The notes beneath the pieces were generated by a model. That model made no database searches. It had not been told where the DNA came from and was given only the letters and a program-made list of their open reading frames with translations. Made by a program: the position numbers and the translations under genes. From Bacillota bacterium (lineage in GTDB: Bacteria > Bacillota > Bacilli > Bu12): a stretch of DNA of 64,000 bases. Positions 10,570 to 20,600 of this stretch are shown here, in pieces. Location of the stretch: assembly GCA_014896485.1 (NCBI GenBank), contig JADBKH010000005.1:7500-71499 (forward strand), read 5' to 3'. Numbering within the stretch: the first letter of the stretch is position 1; each line of letters begins with the position of its first letter.

Positions 10570-11850
10570 TTACCGCTGCTGCAGCGCCCAGCGTAACGCC
10601 TGCGCCCCGATATCTTTCCGGTACTGCATTCCCCGAAAAGAAAGGGTGCGTATGCCTTGGTAGGCTGCCGCAACCGCCTCCAGCAAAGTCGGACGCACAG
10701 CGACCACAGAGAACACACGGCCACTTGCGGTGTATAGCGACCCGCCCTCAACCCGCGTACCGGCTTGAAAGAGCAACAGATCTTCTGACAGAGACGCAAG
10801 ACCTTCAATACGATCGCCGAGCCGCGGGGCGGCAGGATAACCCTCAGATGCGGCGACAATGCAACAACTGGCGGTAGAAGCAAAAGAGATCGCATGCGTC
10901 TGCAAGGCCCCTGTTGCGGCACTGTACAGCGCCGTGGCCAAAGATCCTTGAACGAGAGGCAGCAGTGCTTGGGTCTCCGGATCGCCAAAGCGGGCATTGA
11001 ATTCCAGCACAACCGGTCCTTGTTTGGTCCACTTTAAGCCGGCGTACAATAGCCCCACAAACGGTCGACCTTCGTCGGCCAAAGCACGCAACGTGGGGGT
11101 AAAGACATGGGTCATCACCGCACGATACCCTTCGGCGGGAACGAAGGCTGCCGGGCAGATGGCGCCCATGCCCCCCGTATTTGGCCCACGGTCGTCTTCG
11201 AGCAACGCTTTATGATCCATGGAAAACGGAAAAGCGATGAACCGCTGCCCATCGGTCAGCGCAAAGGCGGAAAACTCCGGTCCCTCTACGTAGCGTTCGA
11301 CCAAAATCTGGTTTCCTGCTTCGCCAAAGCGCCGTTCAACAAGTGCAGCATCGATGGCTTGTTGCGCCGCTTCTGTCGTTTTAGCAACCGTTACCCCCTT
11401 TCCAGCAGCCAGTCCATCTGCCTTGATAACAACGGGACACCCCATCGCTTCGACGGCTGCCCACGCCTGTGCTGGCGTGATACATAGCTGTGCCTGGGCA
11501 GTTGGCACCCCGGCCCGCTCCATCACCTCCTTGGCGGCTGCTTTACTCCCCTCTATTTGCGCTGCAGCTTTGCTCGGTCCAAAGACCGTCAGGCCAGCTT
11601 GGCGCAGATCATCTGCCAACCCATTGACCAACGGCTCTTCAGGTCCGATGACAACAAGGTCGATCTCCTGGCTACGGCAGAAATCGATGAGTGCTCCAGC
11701 ATCGCTTTCGCCGATCGCAACGTTTTCCGCAAGGGTTGCCGTGCCGGGATTACCGGGTGCGACAAAGAGGGCCTCCGTCTCGGCATCTTGGCGCAGCCGC
11801 CAGGCCAATGCATGCTCGCGACCGCCTTTGCCGACGATCAGAATGCGCAC
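10570..11850 (-). CDS. purD: Phosphoribosylamine--glycine ligase
   Basis: VRILIVGKGGREHALAW N-terminus. GTG start at 11850 preceded by SD AAAGGAGGGGGG; full-length PurD homology. Confidence 0.9.
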   Translation of the reverse strand: MRILIVGKGGREHALAWRLRQDAETEALFVAPGNPGTATLAENVAIGESDAGALIDFCRSQEIDLVVIGPEEPLVNGLADDLRQAGLTVFGPSKAAAQIEGSKAAAKEVMERAGVPTAQAQLCITPAQAWAAVEAMGCPVVIKADGLAAGKGVTVAKTTEAAQQAIDAALVERRFGEAGNQILVERYVEGPEFSAFALTDGQRFIAFPFSMDHKALLEDDRGPNTGGMGAICPAAFVPAEGYRAVMTHVFTPTLRALADEGRPFVGLLYAGLKWTKQGPVVLEFNARFGDPETQALLPLVQGSLATALYSAATGALQTHAISFASTASCCIVAASEGYPAAPRLGDRIEGLASLSEDLLLFQAGTRVEGGSLYTASGRVFSVVAVRPTLLEAVAAAYQGIRTLSFRGMQYRKDIGAQALRWALQQR

Positions 11851-11933
11851 CTTCCCCCCTCCTTTCTCCCCACGCTGCACCTATTGCTATCCAAACCCAG
11901 AAGCTTCCCATTTTCTCCTTGGCCTAGCCAGAT

Positions 11934-13508
11934 TTAAGCATGTCGAAAGTGACGAATGCCTGTAAAGAGCATGGCGATCCCGTTTGCGTCGCAGACTTCG
12001 ATCGAATCTGCATCTCGGATCGATCCACCCGGCTGGATAATCGCCGTAATGCCCGCCTGTGCAGCCGCCTCAGCGGTATCTGGCATAGGAAAGAAGGCAT
12101 CAGAAGCCATGACGCTACCCCTAGCCTGCCCCTTCGCCTGAGCAATGGCAATCTGTGCGGCACCAACGCGATTCATCTGCCCTCCGCCGATGCCGACGGT
12201 CTGAAAATCCTTGGCCAAAACAATGGCATTGGATTTGACAAAGCGGACCACCGTCCATGCAAAACGCAGTTGTGCCAATTCTGCCTCACCCGGCGCACGA
12301 CGGGTCACCACCTGCAGCTTTGTTTCGTCCAGATCGAGATCATCACGCTCCTGCAGCAAGATCCCTCCCCCAATTTTCAGCGTCTGGTAAGTGGACAAGA
12401 CGGCCGCCTGGACCGGCAGAGGGGGAACTTCCAACAGACGAATGTTTTTCTTCTGGGAGAGCAGTGCCAGGGCGTCTGCTACATACCCCTGTGCGATGAC
12501 CACTTCGATGAACAGCTCGTGTACTGCTTTCGCAACCTCCACATCAACCGGCCGATTGAAGGCAAGGATACCCCCGAAGATCGAGACCGGATCCGCTGCA
12601 TAGGCTTTTTGGTACGCTACAGCGAGTGTTTCCCCGACACCGACCCCGCAGGGCGTACTGTGTTTGACAGCCACAGCAGCCGGCCTTTCAAAAGACTGGG
12701 CCAAGCGCCAAGCGGCATCGGCATCCATGATGTTGTTGTACGAGAGCGCTTTGCCATGCAGCTGCCGAGCTGTCGACAACGTGTTGGGCTCTGGGAAGCA
12801 ATCCCGATAGAACGCCGCTCGCTGGTGCGGATTTTCTCCATACCGCAGGAGCTGCTGGCGCTCAAAAGTAAGTGTTACCTGAGGTGGAAAAAGTGCTTCG
12901 ATCTGTTCTTGTGGATCGGAGGAGTGTTGCCGCACTTGTTCTTCCAGGTAGGCTGCGATCACAGCGTCGTACGCAGCTGTATGCTGAAAGACCTTGGTGG
13001 CATAGCGGAAGCGCTGCTCTTTGCTGGGGCCGCCATGGCGCAATTGCTCCGCGGCCTGCGTATAGTCGGCAGGATCACAGAGGACGAGAAGATCCGCGTA
13101 GTTCTTTGCTGCAGCGCGCAACAGGGTCGGACCACCGATGTCGATCTGTTCGATCGCGTCTTCTAGGGTCACCTTCGGATCGGCAATCGTCGCTGCAAAT
13201 GGATAGAGATTGACAACAACCAAATCGATCGGGCGAATGTCCAGCTGTTTCAACTGTTCCATCTGGTCCGGACGATCCCTTCGTGCCAACAAACCCGCGT
13301 GGATTGCCGGATGCAGCGTCTTGACACGGCCATCGAGCATCTCTGGAAAGCCGGTCACTTCCTCCACAGGCGTCACTGCAATGCCCGCGTCCTGCAAAAG
13401 CGCAGCCGTTCCTCCTGTGGAAACCAATTCCCACCCCATCTCCTGCAGCTGTTTGCAGAATGGGACCAGATCTCGTTTGTCTGATACACTGACCAAGGCA
13501 CGATGCAC
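11934..13508 (-). CDS. purH: Bifunctional AICAR transformylase / IMP cyclohydrolase
   Basis: ALVSVSDKRDL N-terminus (MGS-like domain) plus AICARFT domain. GTG start at 13508 with SD GGAGGT 8 nt upstream, 14 nt after the purN stop. Confidence 0.9.
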   Translation of the reverse strand: MHRALVSVSDKRDLVPFCKQLQEMGWELVSTGGTAALLQDAGIAVTPVEEVTGFPEMLDGRVKTLHPAIHAGLLARRDRPDQMEQLKQLDIRPIDLVVVNLYPFAATIADPKVTLEDAIEQIDIGGPTLLRAAAKNYADLLVLCDPADYTQAAEQLRHGGPSKEQRFRYATKVFQHTAAYDAVIAAYLEEQVRQHSSDPQEQIEALFPPQVTLTFERQQLLRYGENPHQRAAFYRDCFPEPNTLSTARQLHGKALSYNNIMDADAAWRLAQSFERPAAVAVKHSTPCGVGVGETLAVAYQKAYAADPVSIFGGILAFNRPVDVEVAKAVHELFIEVVIAQGYVADALALLSQKKNIRLLEVPPLPVQAAVLSTYQTLKIGGGILLQERDDLDLDETKLQVVTRRAPGEAELAQLRFAWTVVRFVKSNAIVLAKDFQTVGIGGGQMNRVGAAQIAIAQAKGQARGSVMASDAFFPMPDTAEAAAQAGITAIIQPGGSIRDADSIEVCDANGIAMLFTGIRHFRHA

Positions 13509-13522
13509 GAGCGTACGACCTC

Positions 13523-14137
13523 CTAAGGCAATCCTTCTACAAAGACATGACGCCCATTGATATGAACACGATCCTCTGCAAACCATTGCAGGACGGTTGG
13601 CAACAAGCGATGTTCCACTTCGTGAATGCGGGCGCGCAGGCGGTCAACATCATCCGACTGCAGGACGGGAACAGCCTGCTGGGCAATGATCGGTCCTGTA
13701 TCGACGCCTTCGTCAACTAGATGGACGGTACAGCCACTGACCCGCACGCCTGCCGCCAAAGCCTGTCCGACGGCATCCAGACCTGGAAAAGCTGGCAAAA
13801 GGGCCGGGTGCAGGTTGATCATCTGCCCAACGAAGGCGCCGCGCAGGGTAGGACCGCAGATCCGCAGGTAGCCGGCCAAAACCGCAAAATTGGCTTGCCA
13901 GCGTCGGGCATGCGCGACGAGTGCCGTTTCAAAAGCGGCCTTGTTCGGAAAATCAGCTGGGGAGACACCGTAGCTTGGTATCCCATGCGCTTCTGCTCGC
14001 TGCAAGGCAGGGCAATCCGGACGATCGCTTAAGACGACCGCCACCGTTGCCTGTAAAGCCCCGCTTTCGATCGCTGCGAGAATTGCGGCCAAATTGCTCC
14101 CTTCCCCAGAGGCAAAGACGGCAAGACGCATCTCCAT
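13523..14137 (-). CDS. purN: Phosphoribosylglycinamide formyltransferase
   Basis: LAVFASGEGSNL ... NLHPALLPAFPG motifs. Confidence 0.9.
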   Translation of the reverse strand: MEMRLAVFASGEGSNLAAILAAIESGALQATVAVVLSDRPDCPALQRAEAHGIPSYGVSPADFPNKAAFETALVAHARRWQANFAVLAGYLRICGPTLRGAFVGQMINLHPALLPAFPGLDAVGQALAAGVRVSGCTVHLVDEGVDTGPIIAQQAVPVLQSDDVDRLRARIHEVEHRLLPTVLQWFAEDRVHINGRHVFVEGLP

Positions 14138-14138
14138 C

Positions 14139-15167
14139 CTACTCCTCCCAGCGAATCCCGCGCGGCCCCTTTTCGACCTGACCCAGCATGACCGGTTCCT
14201 CCCCGCTGTCCGCTAAACGAACCATGATTGCTTCAGCCGCTTGGGCATCGACAAGGAGCACCATGCCGATGCCCATGTTAAATGTCGCAAACATCTCCTC
14301 GGTGTTGATCCCACCCCATTCCGACAGCTTCCAAAAGAGCTGGGGAACTTCCCATGCTGTCCGCTGTACATGGGCGCAGCAGTTTTGTGGCAAGACACGC
14401 GGCAAGTTGCCCTGCCACCCTCCCCCTGTAAGGTGCGCCGCAGCATGCACGCCACCGATCCGTAGCGCTTCCTGCAACGCGTGCACATAGAGGCGGGTAG
14501 GCGTAAGCAACACTTCCCCCAGCAGACCAATCCCAGGAACCACATCGTCGTAGCGCAATCCCTGCTCGACAAGAATACGCCGGACCAATGCATAACCGTT
14601 GGCATGCAGTCCACTGGATGGCAGCCCGATCAGCCAATCACCAGGTTGTACGGCACTGCCGTCTAAAATCTGATCCCGGGCAACCACTCCAACGGCAAAG
14701 CCAGCCAGATCCATCCGTCCCACAGGATAAAAGCCAGGCATCTCCGCCATTTCCCCGCCGAGCAGAGCGGTTTGGATCTGTGAGAGTGCTCGGCTCATCG
14801 AGGCAACAACACGTTCAATCGCCTCAGGATCCAGCCGTCCTGTGGCGATGTAATCGAGAAAGAAAAGGGGTTGGGCTCCGACTGTGACGATGTCGTTGAC
14901 ACACATAGCCACCAGATCGATGCCAACCGTCTCCCACGATCCCAACGCTTCTGCAATCGCCAGCTTGGTACCGACGCCATCACATCCGGCCACCAAGACA
15001 GGATCTGTCACTCCCTGTGGCAGCCGGAAAAGGCCAGCAAAGCCGCCCAAGCCACCGATGACCTCAGGCCGGAACGTATGTTGCGCCCATGGTTGGATAC
15101 GTCGCACCGCCTCTTCTCCGGCTGTGACGTCTACACCGGCGCTGCGGTAATGCGAGCGCTCATTCAC
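14139..15167 (-). CDS. purM: Phosphoribosylformylglycinamidine cyclo-ligase (AIR synthetase)
   Basis: YRSAGVDV N-terminal motif, PurM fold. GTG start overlaps the purF TGA (GTGA); SD AGAGGAGGGAAG. Confidence 0.9.
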   Translation of the reverse strand: MNERSHYRSAGVDVTAGEEAVRRIQPWAQHTFRPEVIGGLGGFAGLFRLPQGVTDPVLVAGCDGVGTKLAIAEALGSWETVGIDLVAMCVNDIVTVGAQPLFFLDYIATGRLDPEAIERVVASMSRALSQIQTALLGGEMAEMPGFYPVGRMDLAGFAVGVVARDQILDGSAVQPGDWLIGLPSSGLHANGYALVRRILVEQGLRYDDVVPGIGLLGEVLLTPTRLYVHALQEALRIGGVHAAAHLTGGGWQGNLPRVLPQNCCAHVQRTAWEVPQLFWKLSEWGGINTEEMFATFNMGIGMVLLVDAQAAEAIMVRLADSGEEPVMLGQVEKGPRGIRWEE

Positions 15168-16582
15168 CGCCTGCTTCCCTCCTCTTGAAGGGAGCTTTGG
15201 CCGATCTCCTCTTCGATGGGAGTTGGATAGACACCGGTAAAGCACGCCGTGCAAAAAGACGCTGCAAGCTCGCTTTCAGAAACTGCCCAAGCCAACCCTT
15301 CAACAGAGAGGTAAGCCAAAGAGTCCGCTCCGATCCTTTCACGCACCCCATCGATCCCCCACTGGGCAATGGCCAGCTCCTTCGGATCTCCGGTATCGAT
15401 CCCATAAAAGCAAGGGAAACGCACTGGCGGGGAGGCAATGCGCATGTGCACTTCCAAGGCACCTGCCTCACGCAGCAATCCAACGATGCGGCGGCTGGTC
15501 GTTCCCCGCACGATCGAATCGTCGACGACCACCACGCGTTTTCCTGTAAGGACACCCGGTACTGTCGTCAGTTTGAGACGCACTTTGCCTTCGCGTAAAG
15601 AGGGGGAAGGCTGGATGAAAGTACGGCTGGCATAGCGGTTGCGCATCAACCCCATCTCGTAGGGCAGACCGCTTTGCTCCGCGAAGCCCATTGCTGCGGA
15701 GAGCCCCGAATCCGGAACGCCAATGACGAGATCGGCGTCGACAGGCGCCTCTTGTGCCAAGCGTTCTCCAGCACGGCGCCGCCCTGAATGGACAGCAAAA
15801 CCGGATGGAAGCAAGGAGTCAGGCCGTGCAAGATAGACCGACTCAAACAGACAGCCCCTGCTAGAGAGGCGATCGTCAAAGCGCACCGACTTCACTCCCG
15901 CTTCGGTAATGACCAACAGCTCCCCCGGCTCCACTTCCCGTACATACGTCGCCCCGATCAAGTCAAACGCACAGCTCTCTGAGGCAAGATACCAAGCTGT
16001 CTGGGAACGACCTAAGCACAGCGGCCGAATGCCATTGGGATCGCGTGCACCCAGGAGGGCATGGGGCGTCAGAAAGAGAAAGGCATAGCCCCCGCTCACT
16101 TGTCGCAATGCGGAGACGATCGCGTCGATGCGCTTTGCTCCTCCCCCCCGTGCAATCAGGTGGAGCAACACCTCACTATCGACGGTCGAACGAAAGATCG
16201 CGCCTTGCGCCTCTAACCGACGGCGCAAAGACAATGCATTGGTCAAATTGCCGTTGTGGCAGAGGGCCAAAAATCCGTCGAGGGAACGCATGCCAAACGG
16301 CTGTGCGTTCTCGATGACGGTCTCTCCCTGTGTGGAGTAGCGCACATGGCCGATGGCGGCACGCCCTTGCAGGGCAGCGACGTCGATGTTGGCCAATGCC
16401 TCGCCCAAGAGTCCCAAGCCAGTGTGGAGGGTCAGTCCGTCGGGTCCGGCCACCGCGATGCCTGCGCTCTCCTGACCGCGATGTTGCAGGGCATATAAGC
16501 CCAAGTAGACGTTGGCGGCCGCCTGTGGATCTCCGAAAGCACCGAAGATGCCACAGGCTTCCCGCATACCCGTCGGTTTCAT
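15164..16582 (-). CDS. purF: Amidophosphoribosyltransferase
   Basis: Propeptide followed by the catalytic CGIFG; PRTase motif VVVVDDSIVRGTT. ATGA overlap with the purL stop. Confidence 0.9.
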   Translation of the reverse strand: MKPTGMREACGIFGAFGDPQAAANVYLGLYALQHRGQESAGIAVAGPDGLTLHTGLGLLGEALANIDVAALQGRAAIGHVRYSTQGETVIENAQPFGMRSLDGFLALCHNGNLTNALSLRRRLEAQGAIFRSTVDSEVLLHLIARGGGAKRIDAIVSALRQVSGGYAFLFLTPHALLGARDPNGIRPLCLGRSQTAWYLASESCAFDLIGATYVREVEPGELLVITEAGVKSVRFDDRLSSRGCLFESVYLARPDSLLPSGFAVHSGRRRAGERLAQEAPVDADLVIGVPDSGLSAAMGFAEQSGLPYEMGLMRNRYASRTFIQPSPSLREGKVRLKLTTVPGVLTGKRVVVVDDSIVRGTTSRRIVGLLREAGALEVHMRIASPPVRFPCFYGIDTGDPKELAIAQWGIDGVRERIGADSLAYLSVEGLAWAVSESELAASFCTACFTGVYPTPIEEEIGQSSLQEEGSRR

Positions 16583-18843
16583 GCCGTGCCCTCCCGATAT
16601 GCTTTAGCAAGCGCATCTCTTGGCCATTTCAACCTACCCATCTCTCCCGTCGCTACCGTCAATTGCGGCTCCTGCTCTTCTCCAACGGTGCCTATGGCCG
16701 TCAACTGGATTCCGTCTGCTTGCGCCTGCACGGTGAGTGCGGCTGAAACTTCTGCTGGTGCAGCCAATAAAAATCGTCCGGCGCCTTCCCCAAAAAGGAC
16801 GGCGCCTGCCTGCGCAATCGTCAACGACGGAAGCACCACCTGTACACCGAGACTGCTTTCGACCGTTTCTTGTGCCAAAGCCACGAGCAAGCCCCCCTCC
16901 CAGAGAGGCTCGGCAAAGGAGAGCAACTGCGCTTGCCAAGCCGTACGCACAAAGGCACAGGTACGGAGAACGTAATCCACATCCAAAAAGGGAAGATCGA
17001 TTTCTTCAGGAGGCGTCTCCAGCAAAGCCTCGGCCATGCTGCCCGACCAGCTTCCCGCCAAAGAACCAGCCACCCACAACCGATCTCCCCGCTGCCAGCA
17101 GCCTTCCTGTGACCGCGGTTGCCAAGCGTCGATCCGGCCAGCTGCTCCAATGACCAACGTCGGTGGAATGGCACCCAGTGCGCTCTCGTTGTAAAGGCTC
17201 ACATTGCCGGAAACGACAGGAAGGCCGAGCATTCGACATGCATCCGCAGCGCCGGCCGTCGTCCGATCGAGCGCAACGGCACCTTGGGGGGTTTCTGGAT
17301 CGCCCAAGTTGAGGCAGTCGGTCACACCCAACGGCGTGGCACCGACTGCAGCCAACCGTTCGACTGCCTCGATGACGGTGAGCGCAGCTCCGCGATACGG
17401 ATCGCGGGCGGCATAGCGTGGATTGGCTGTCATTGTCAGAGCAAAAGCCGATCGCACCTCTTCGTCCGCTTCCTCCGTGAGCAAAACGGCAGCGCCCGCA
17501 CCCGGACCCCGAGCTGTCCTGCCTCCGACACCGCTGTCATAGCGCTCATAGATAGCTGCTTTTTGCCTAAACCGCGGATGAGCCAACAAGCACAGAAGCA
17601 GTTTCTCTATCTCAGCTGATTCGGAGATAGGGGCAAGGGATACAGGGTGGAGTGGGCCCTTTTGCGGGAGGAGATACGATTCTTGTGAAAGGGAGACCAC
17701 CGGCACTTCGGGGGCCTCACACAGCAGTCCCACCGGTAGATCGGCCACGCACTCCCCGTGGTGATAGACAACATACCGGGGCGCCTCGGTCACCTCTCCC
17801 ACCACCGCGACCTGCAGCTGATAACGCTCCCCGAGCGCTTCGAGACGTGGGTAAATGTCTTTGGAAATTTCCACCAACATGCGTTCCTGTGACTCAGAGA
17901 GCAGAATTTCCCAAGCAGCCAGGCCTTGTTGCCGCAACGGTACGTGGTCTAACTCGAGGCGACAACCCCATCCCCCCTTGTGACACAGTTCCGCACTGGA
18001 CGAAAGCAGTCCCGCAGCTCCCATATCCTGACATGAGACCAACCACCCTGCCTCGACGGCTTCTAGGATCGCTTCGATCAGCCGCTTTTCCGCAAACGGA
18101 TCGCCCACCTGAACGGCTGGACGATCGGCCGCCGCATCGCTGCGCAACTTTTCCGAAGCGAATGCCGCACCACCGACGCCATCCCGGCACGTCGTCGCCC
18201 CGATCAAGACGAGCAAGTTTCCTGGCCGTTGTGCACGGCCAAAAACGATCCGCTGGAGTGGAACCAAACCGACGGCCATGGCGTTGACCAAAGGCTGGCC
18301 CCGGTACCCCGCGTCGATCCGCGTCAGGCCACTCACCGTAGGCACACCGACGGCGTTTCCATAGCTGCTCACACCTGTGACAATTCCTTCTGCCAAGAAG
18401 CGATCGGCGGGGAGATCCGAGGGGCCAAAAAAAAGCCCGTCCAACAGCGCCACAGGGCGGGCACCCATCGCCAAAATGTCGCGCAAGATACCACCTACGC
18501 CAGTCGCTGCTCCTTGAACAGGGTCGATCGCGGAAGGATGATTGTGGCTCTCGACTTTCATTGCCAGCCCCATCCCTTGACCGAGATCGAGAATGCCGGC
18601 ATTCTCCCCAGGCCCTTGCACGACAGCGGTACCTTTTGTCGGAAAGCGGCGCAAGAAGGGACGGCTGTGCTTATAGCTGCAGTGTTCCGACCACAGTGCA
18701 CCAAACAGACGCAGCTCGACGGGGTTGGGCAGGCGCTGGAGCTCACGTATCAACCGTTGAAGCTCATGGTCGCTCAGGTGAAGGGCATGGGCCTGTGCCA
18801 CCATCGTTTCTGAGAGCACGCTGTTATCGGTGCTTTCAGACAT
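16579..18843 (-). CDS. purL: Phosphoribosylformylglycinamidine synthase II (large subunit)
   Basis: Full-length PurL homology (LWSEHCSYKHS...). Start taken at MSESTDN (18843), just after the purQ stop. Confidence 0.9.
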   Translation of the reverse strand: MSESTDNSVLSETMVAQAHALHLSDHELQRLIRELQRLPNPVELRLFGALWSEHCSYKHSRPFLRRFPTKGTAVVQGPGENAGILDLGQGMGLAMKVESHNHPSAIDPVQGAATGVGGILRDILAMGARPVALLDGLFFGPSDLPADRFLAEGIVTGVSSYGNAVGVPTVSGLTRIDAGYRGQPLVNAMAVGLVPLQRIVFGRAQRPGNLLVLIGATTCRDGVGGAAFASEKLRSDAAADRPAVQVGDPFAEKRLIEAILEAVEAGWLVSCQDMGAAGLLSSSAELCHKGGWGCRLELDHVPLRQQGLAAWEILLSESQERMLVEISKDIYPRLEALGERYQLQVAVVGEVTEAPRYVVYHHGECVADLPVGLLCEAPEVPVVSLSQESYLLPQKGPLHPVSLAPISESAEIEKLLLCLLAHPRFRQKAAIYERYDSGVGGRTARGPGAGAAVLLTEEADEEVRSAFALTMTANPRYAARDPYRGAALTVIEAVERLAAVGATPLGVTDCLNLGDPETPQGAVALDRTTAGAADACRMLGLPVVSGNVSLYNESALGAIPPTLVIGAAGRIDAWQPRSQEGCWQRGDRLWVAGSLAGSWSGSMAEALLETPPEEIDLPFLDVDYVLRTCAFVRTAWQAQLLSFAEPLWEGGLLVALAQETVESSLGVQVVLPSLTIAQAGAVLFGEGAGRFLLAAPAEVSAALTVQAQADGIQLTAIGTVGEEQEPQLTVATGEMGRLKWPRDALAKAYREGTA

Positions 18844-19549
18844 GGCCAGCCACCTCCTCACGCAGCCGTTGAAAAAAGAAAAGTCCGTCAACGTTACCGA
18901 GCCGCCGATCGGCCGCACGTTCTGGATGGGGCATCAGTCCAGCGATGCGTCCGGACGGATCGCAGATGCCGGCAATGCGATCGACACTGCCATTCGGATC
19001 GTCTGCATAGACCGCCAAGACGCGCCGATGCTCCCAAAGGGTATCCAACTCGGAGTCCTCTGCCCAGAAGCGCCCTGCAGCATGAGCGATCGGCCAGGAA
19101 AGGGGCCTCTTTCCCAACGCCCGCCCAAAAGGGCCCTGGGCGTTTTGCGGAAGGATCTGCTCTGCCCTACAGCGAAACCCGACCGGTTCGTTAGGGAGGA
19201 GCACCCCAGGAAGCACACCGGCTTCCAAGAGAATCTGAAAACCGTTACAGATGCCCAGCACCATTGCCCCTTCAGCTGCAGCACGCAGGATGGGACCAAG
19301 CTGCGGACGATGTGCGGCGATGGCACCCGGACGCAGATAATCGCCGTAGGAGAAGCCACCCGGCAACACGTACAGATCGTAGCCCACGTCCACCTCGGAC
19401 GCCCAAAGACGCGTTGCCTGCCACCCTGCGCGTGTGAGCGCATGATAGGTCTCGCGATCGCAGTTGGTTCCGGGAAAAAGGACGACCGCCGCCCGCGGGC
19501 GCTTCTCCCCAGGCTGTGATCCGAAAGTCGGCACTGCCTCAGCGTTCAC
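18836..19549 (-). CDS. purQ: Phosphoribosylformylglycinamidine synthase I (glutaminase subunit)
   Basis: AAVVLFPGTNCD, glutamine amidotransferase class I. Putative GTG start overlaps the purS TGA (GTGA); exact start uncertain. Confidence 0.8.
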   Translation of the reverse strand: MNAEAVPTFGSQPGEKRPRAAVVLFPGTNCDRETYHALTRAGWQATRLWASEVDVGYDLYVLPGGFSYGDYLRPGAIAAHRPQLGPILRAAAEGAMVLGICNGFQILLEAGVLPGVLLPNEPVGFRCRAEQILPQNAQGPFGRALGKRPLSWPIAHAAGRFWAEDSELDTLWEHRRVLAVYADDPNGSVDRIAGICDPSGRIAGLMPHPERAADRRLGNVDGLFFFQRLREEVAGHV

Positions 19550-19812
19550 GATGCCGCCTCCAAATAGGGGTGGACTTCCACGGTAAAGTGCTCGCTCACC
19601 GGGTTGGCCAAAATGCGCCGTGCCATCTCTTCGGCGCGCTGTTCTGCCAAAGCGAGGGAAGGGGTCTCTTCTGTCCAACGATAGATTTTGCCGACATGCA
19701 TCGCTTCCACGTTGTCAAACCCCAAATCGGCCAGCGCCACCGTTACGGCTTCGGCTTCGGGATCACGCAATTGCGGCTGTGGTTCGACCGTCAGCGTGAC
19801 CTGTACTTTCAC
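19546..19812 (-). CDS. purS: Phosphoribosylformylglycinamidine synthase subunit PurS
   Basis: About 88 aa; VKVQVTLTV ... LANPVSEHF typical of PurS. GTG start overlaps the purC TGA. Confidence 0.85.
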   Translation of the reverse strand: MKVQVTLTVEPQPQLRDPEAEAVTVALADLGFDNVEAMHVGKIYRWTEETPSLALAEQRAEEMARRILANPVSEHFTVEVHPYLEAAS

Positions 19813-20540
19813 GCGAGCACGCCTCCCAAACGATGGAGCATCTCTTGGTACGCTTCTTCTACGCCACCCATGTCCCGCCGAAAACGATCCTTGTCGAGCT
19901 TTGCATGAGTCTGGACATCCCAAAAGCGGCAGGTGTCTGGCGAAATCTCATCAGCAACCACGATCTGTCCGTCTGTATCCTTGCCAAATTCCAGCTTGAA
20001 ATCGACCAGCAGTACATTGCGCCGAAGAAGATCTGCCGAAAGCACGTCGTTGACCCGCAAAGCCAGGCGACGCATTTCGTCCACTTCTTCTTCCGTCGCC
20101 CACCCCAACACAGCCACCTGCTCTTCGGTCACCAGTGGATCGCCAAGTGGATCGCTCTTGTAGTCAAATTCAACGGTGGGATGGCGCAACGGCGTCCCTT
20201 CTTGCAGACCCAGCCGCTTGGCCATCGATCCAGCTACGAGATTGCGCACGATCACCTCGAGCGGAAAGAGATCGACTTTGCGTACCAAGCTCTCGTTTTC
20301 TGAAAGCTTGCGCACATGATGGGTCGGTACCCCTGCCTGCTGGAGCATCTCAAAGAAGATGGCCGAAATGGCATTGTTCAGTGCGCCTTTGCCCGAGATT
20401 TTCGCTTTCTTCTTGCCATCAAACGCGGTGGCGTCATCCTTGTAGAACATCACATAACAATCCGGCAGGTTACATGTATAGAGTTGCTTTGCCTTGCCCT
20501 CATACAACATTTCGCCCCGCCGGATCTCTTCCATCGCCAT
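19809..20540 (-). CDS. purC: Phosphoribosylaminoimidazole-succinocarboxamide (SAICAR) synthase
   Basis: [11 protein letters not shown] ... LVDFKLEFG motifs. Confidence 0.9.
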   Translation of the reverse strand: MAMEEIRRGEMLYEGKAKQLYTCNLPDCYVMFYKDDATAFDGKKKAKISGKGALNNAISAIFFEMLQQAGVPTHHVRKLSENESLVRKVDLFPLEVIVRNLVAGSMAKRLGLQEGTPLRHPTVEFDYKSDPLGDPLVTEEQVAVLGWATEEEVDEMRRLALRVNDVLSADLLRRNVLLVDFKLEFGKDTDGQIVVADEISPDTCRFWDVQTHAKLDKDRFRRDMGGVEEAYQEMLHRLGGVLA

Positions 20541-20600
20541 GTCGATTCTCCTCCTCGCATTTGCCGCGTCCGCTCCGTTCTTTCCTCTCCTGTCTTTTCG

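Noticed and set aside
11940-13166. 408-aa plus-strand ORF opposite purH
   Set aside because: Antisense to purH, which shows clear full-length homology.
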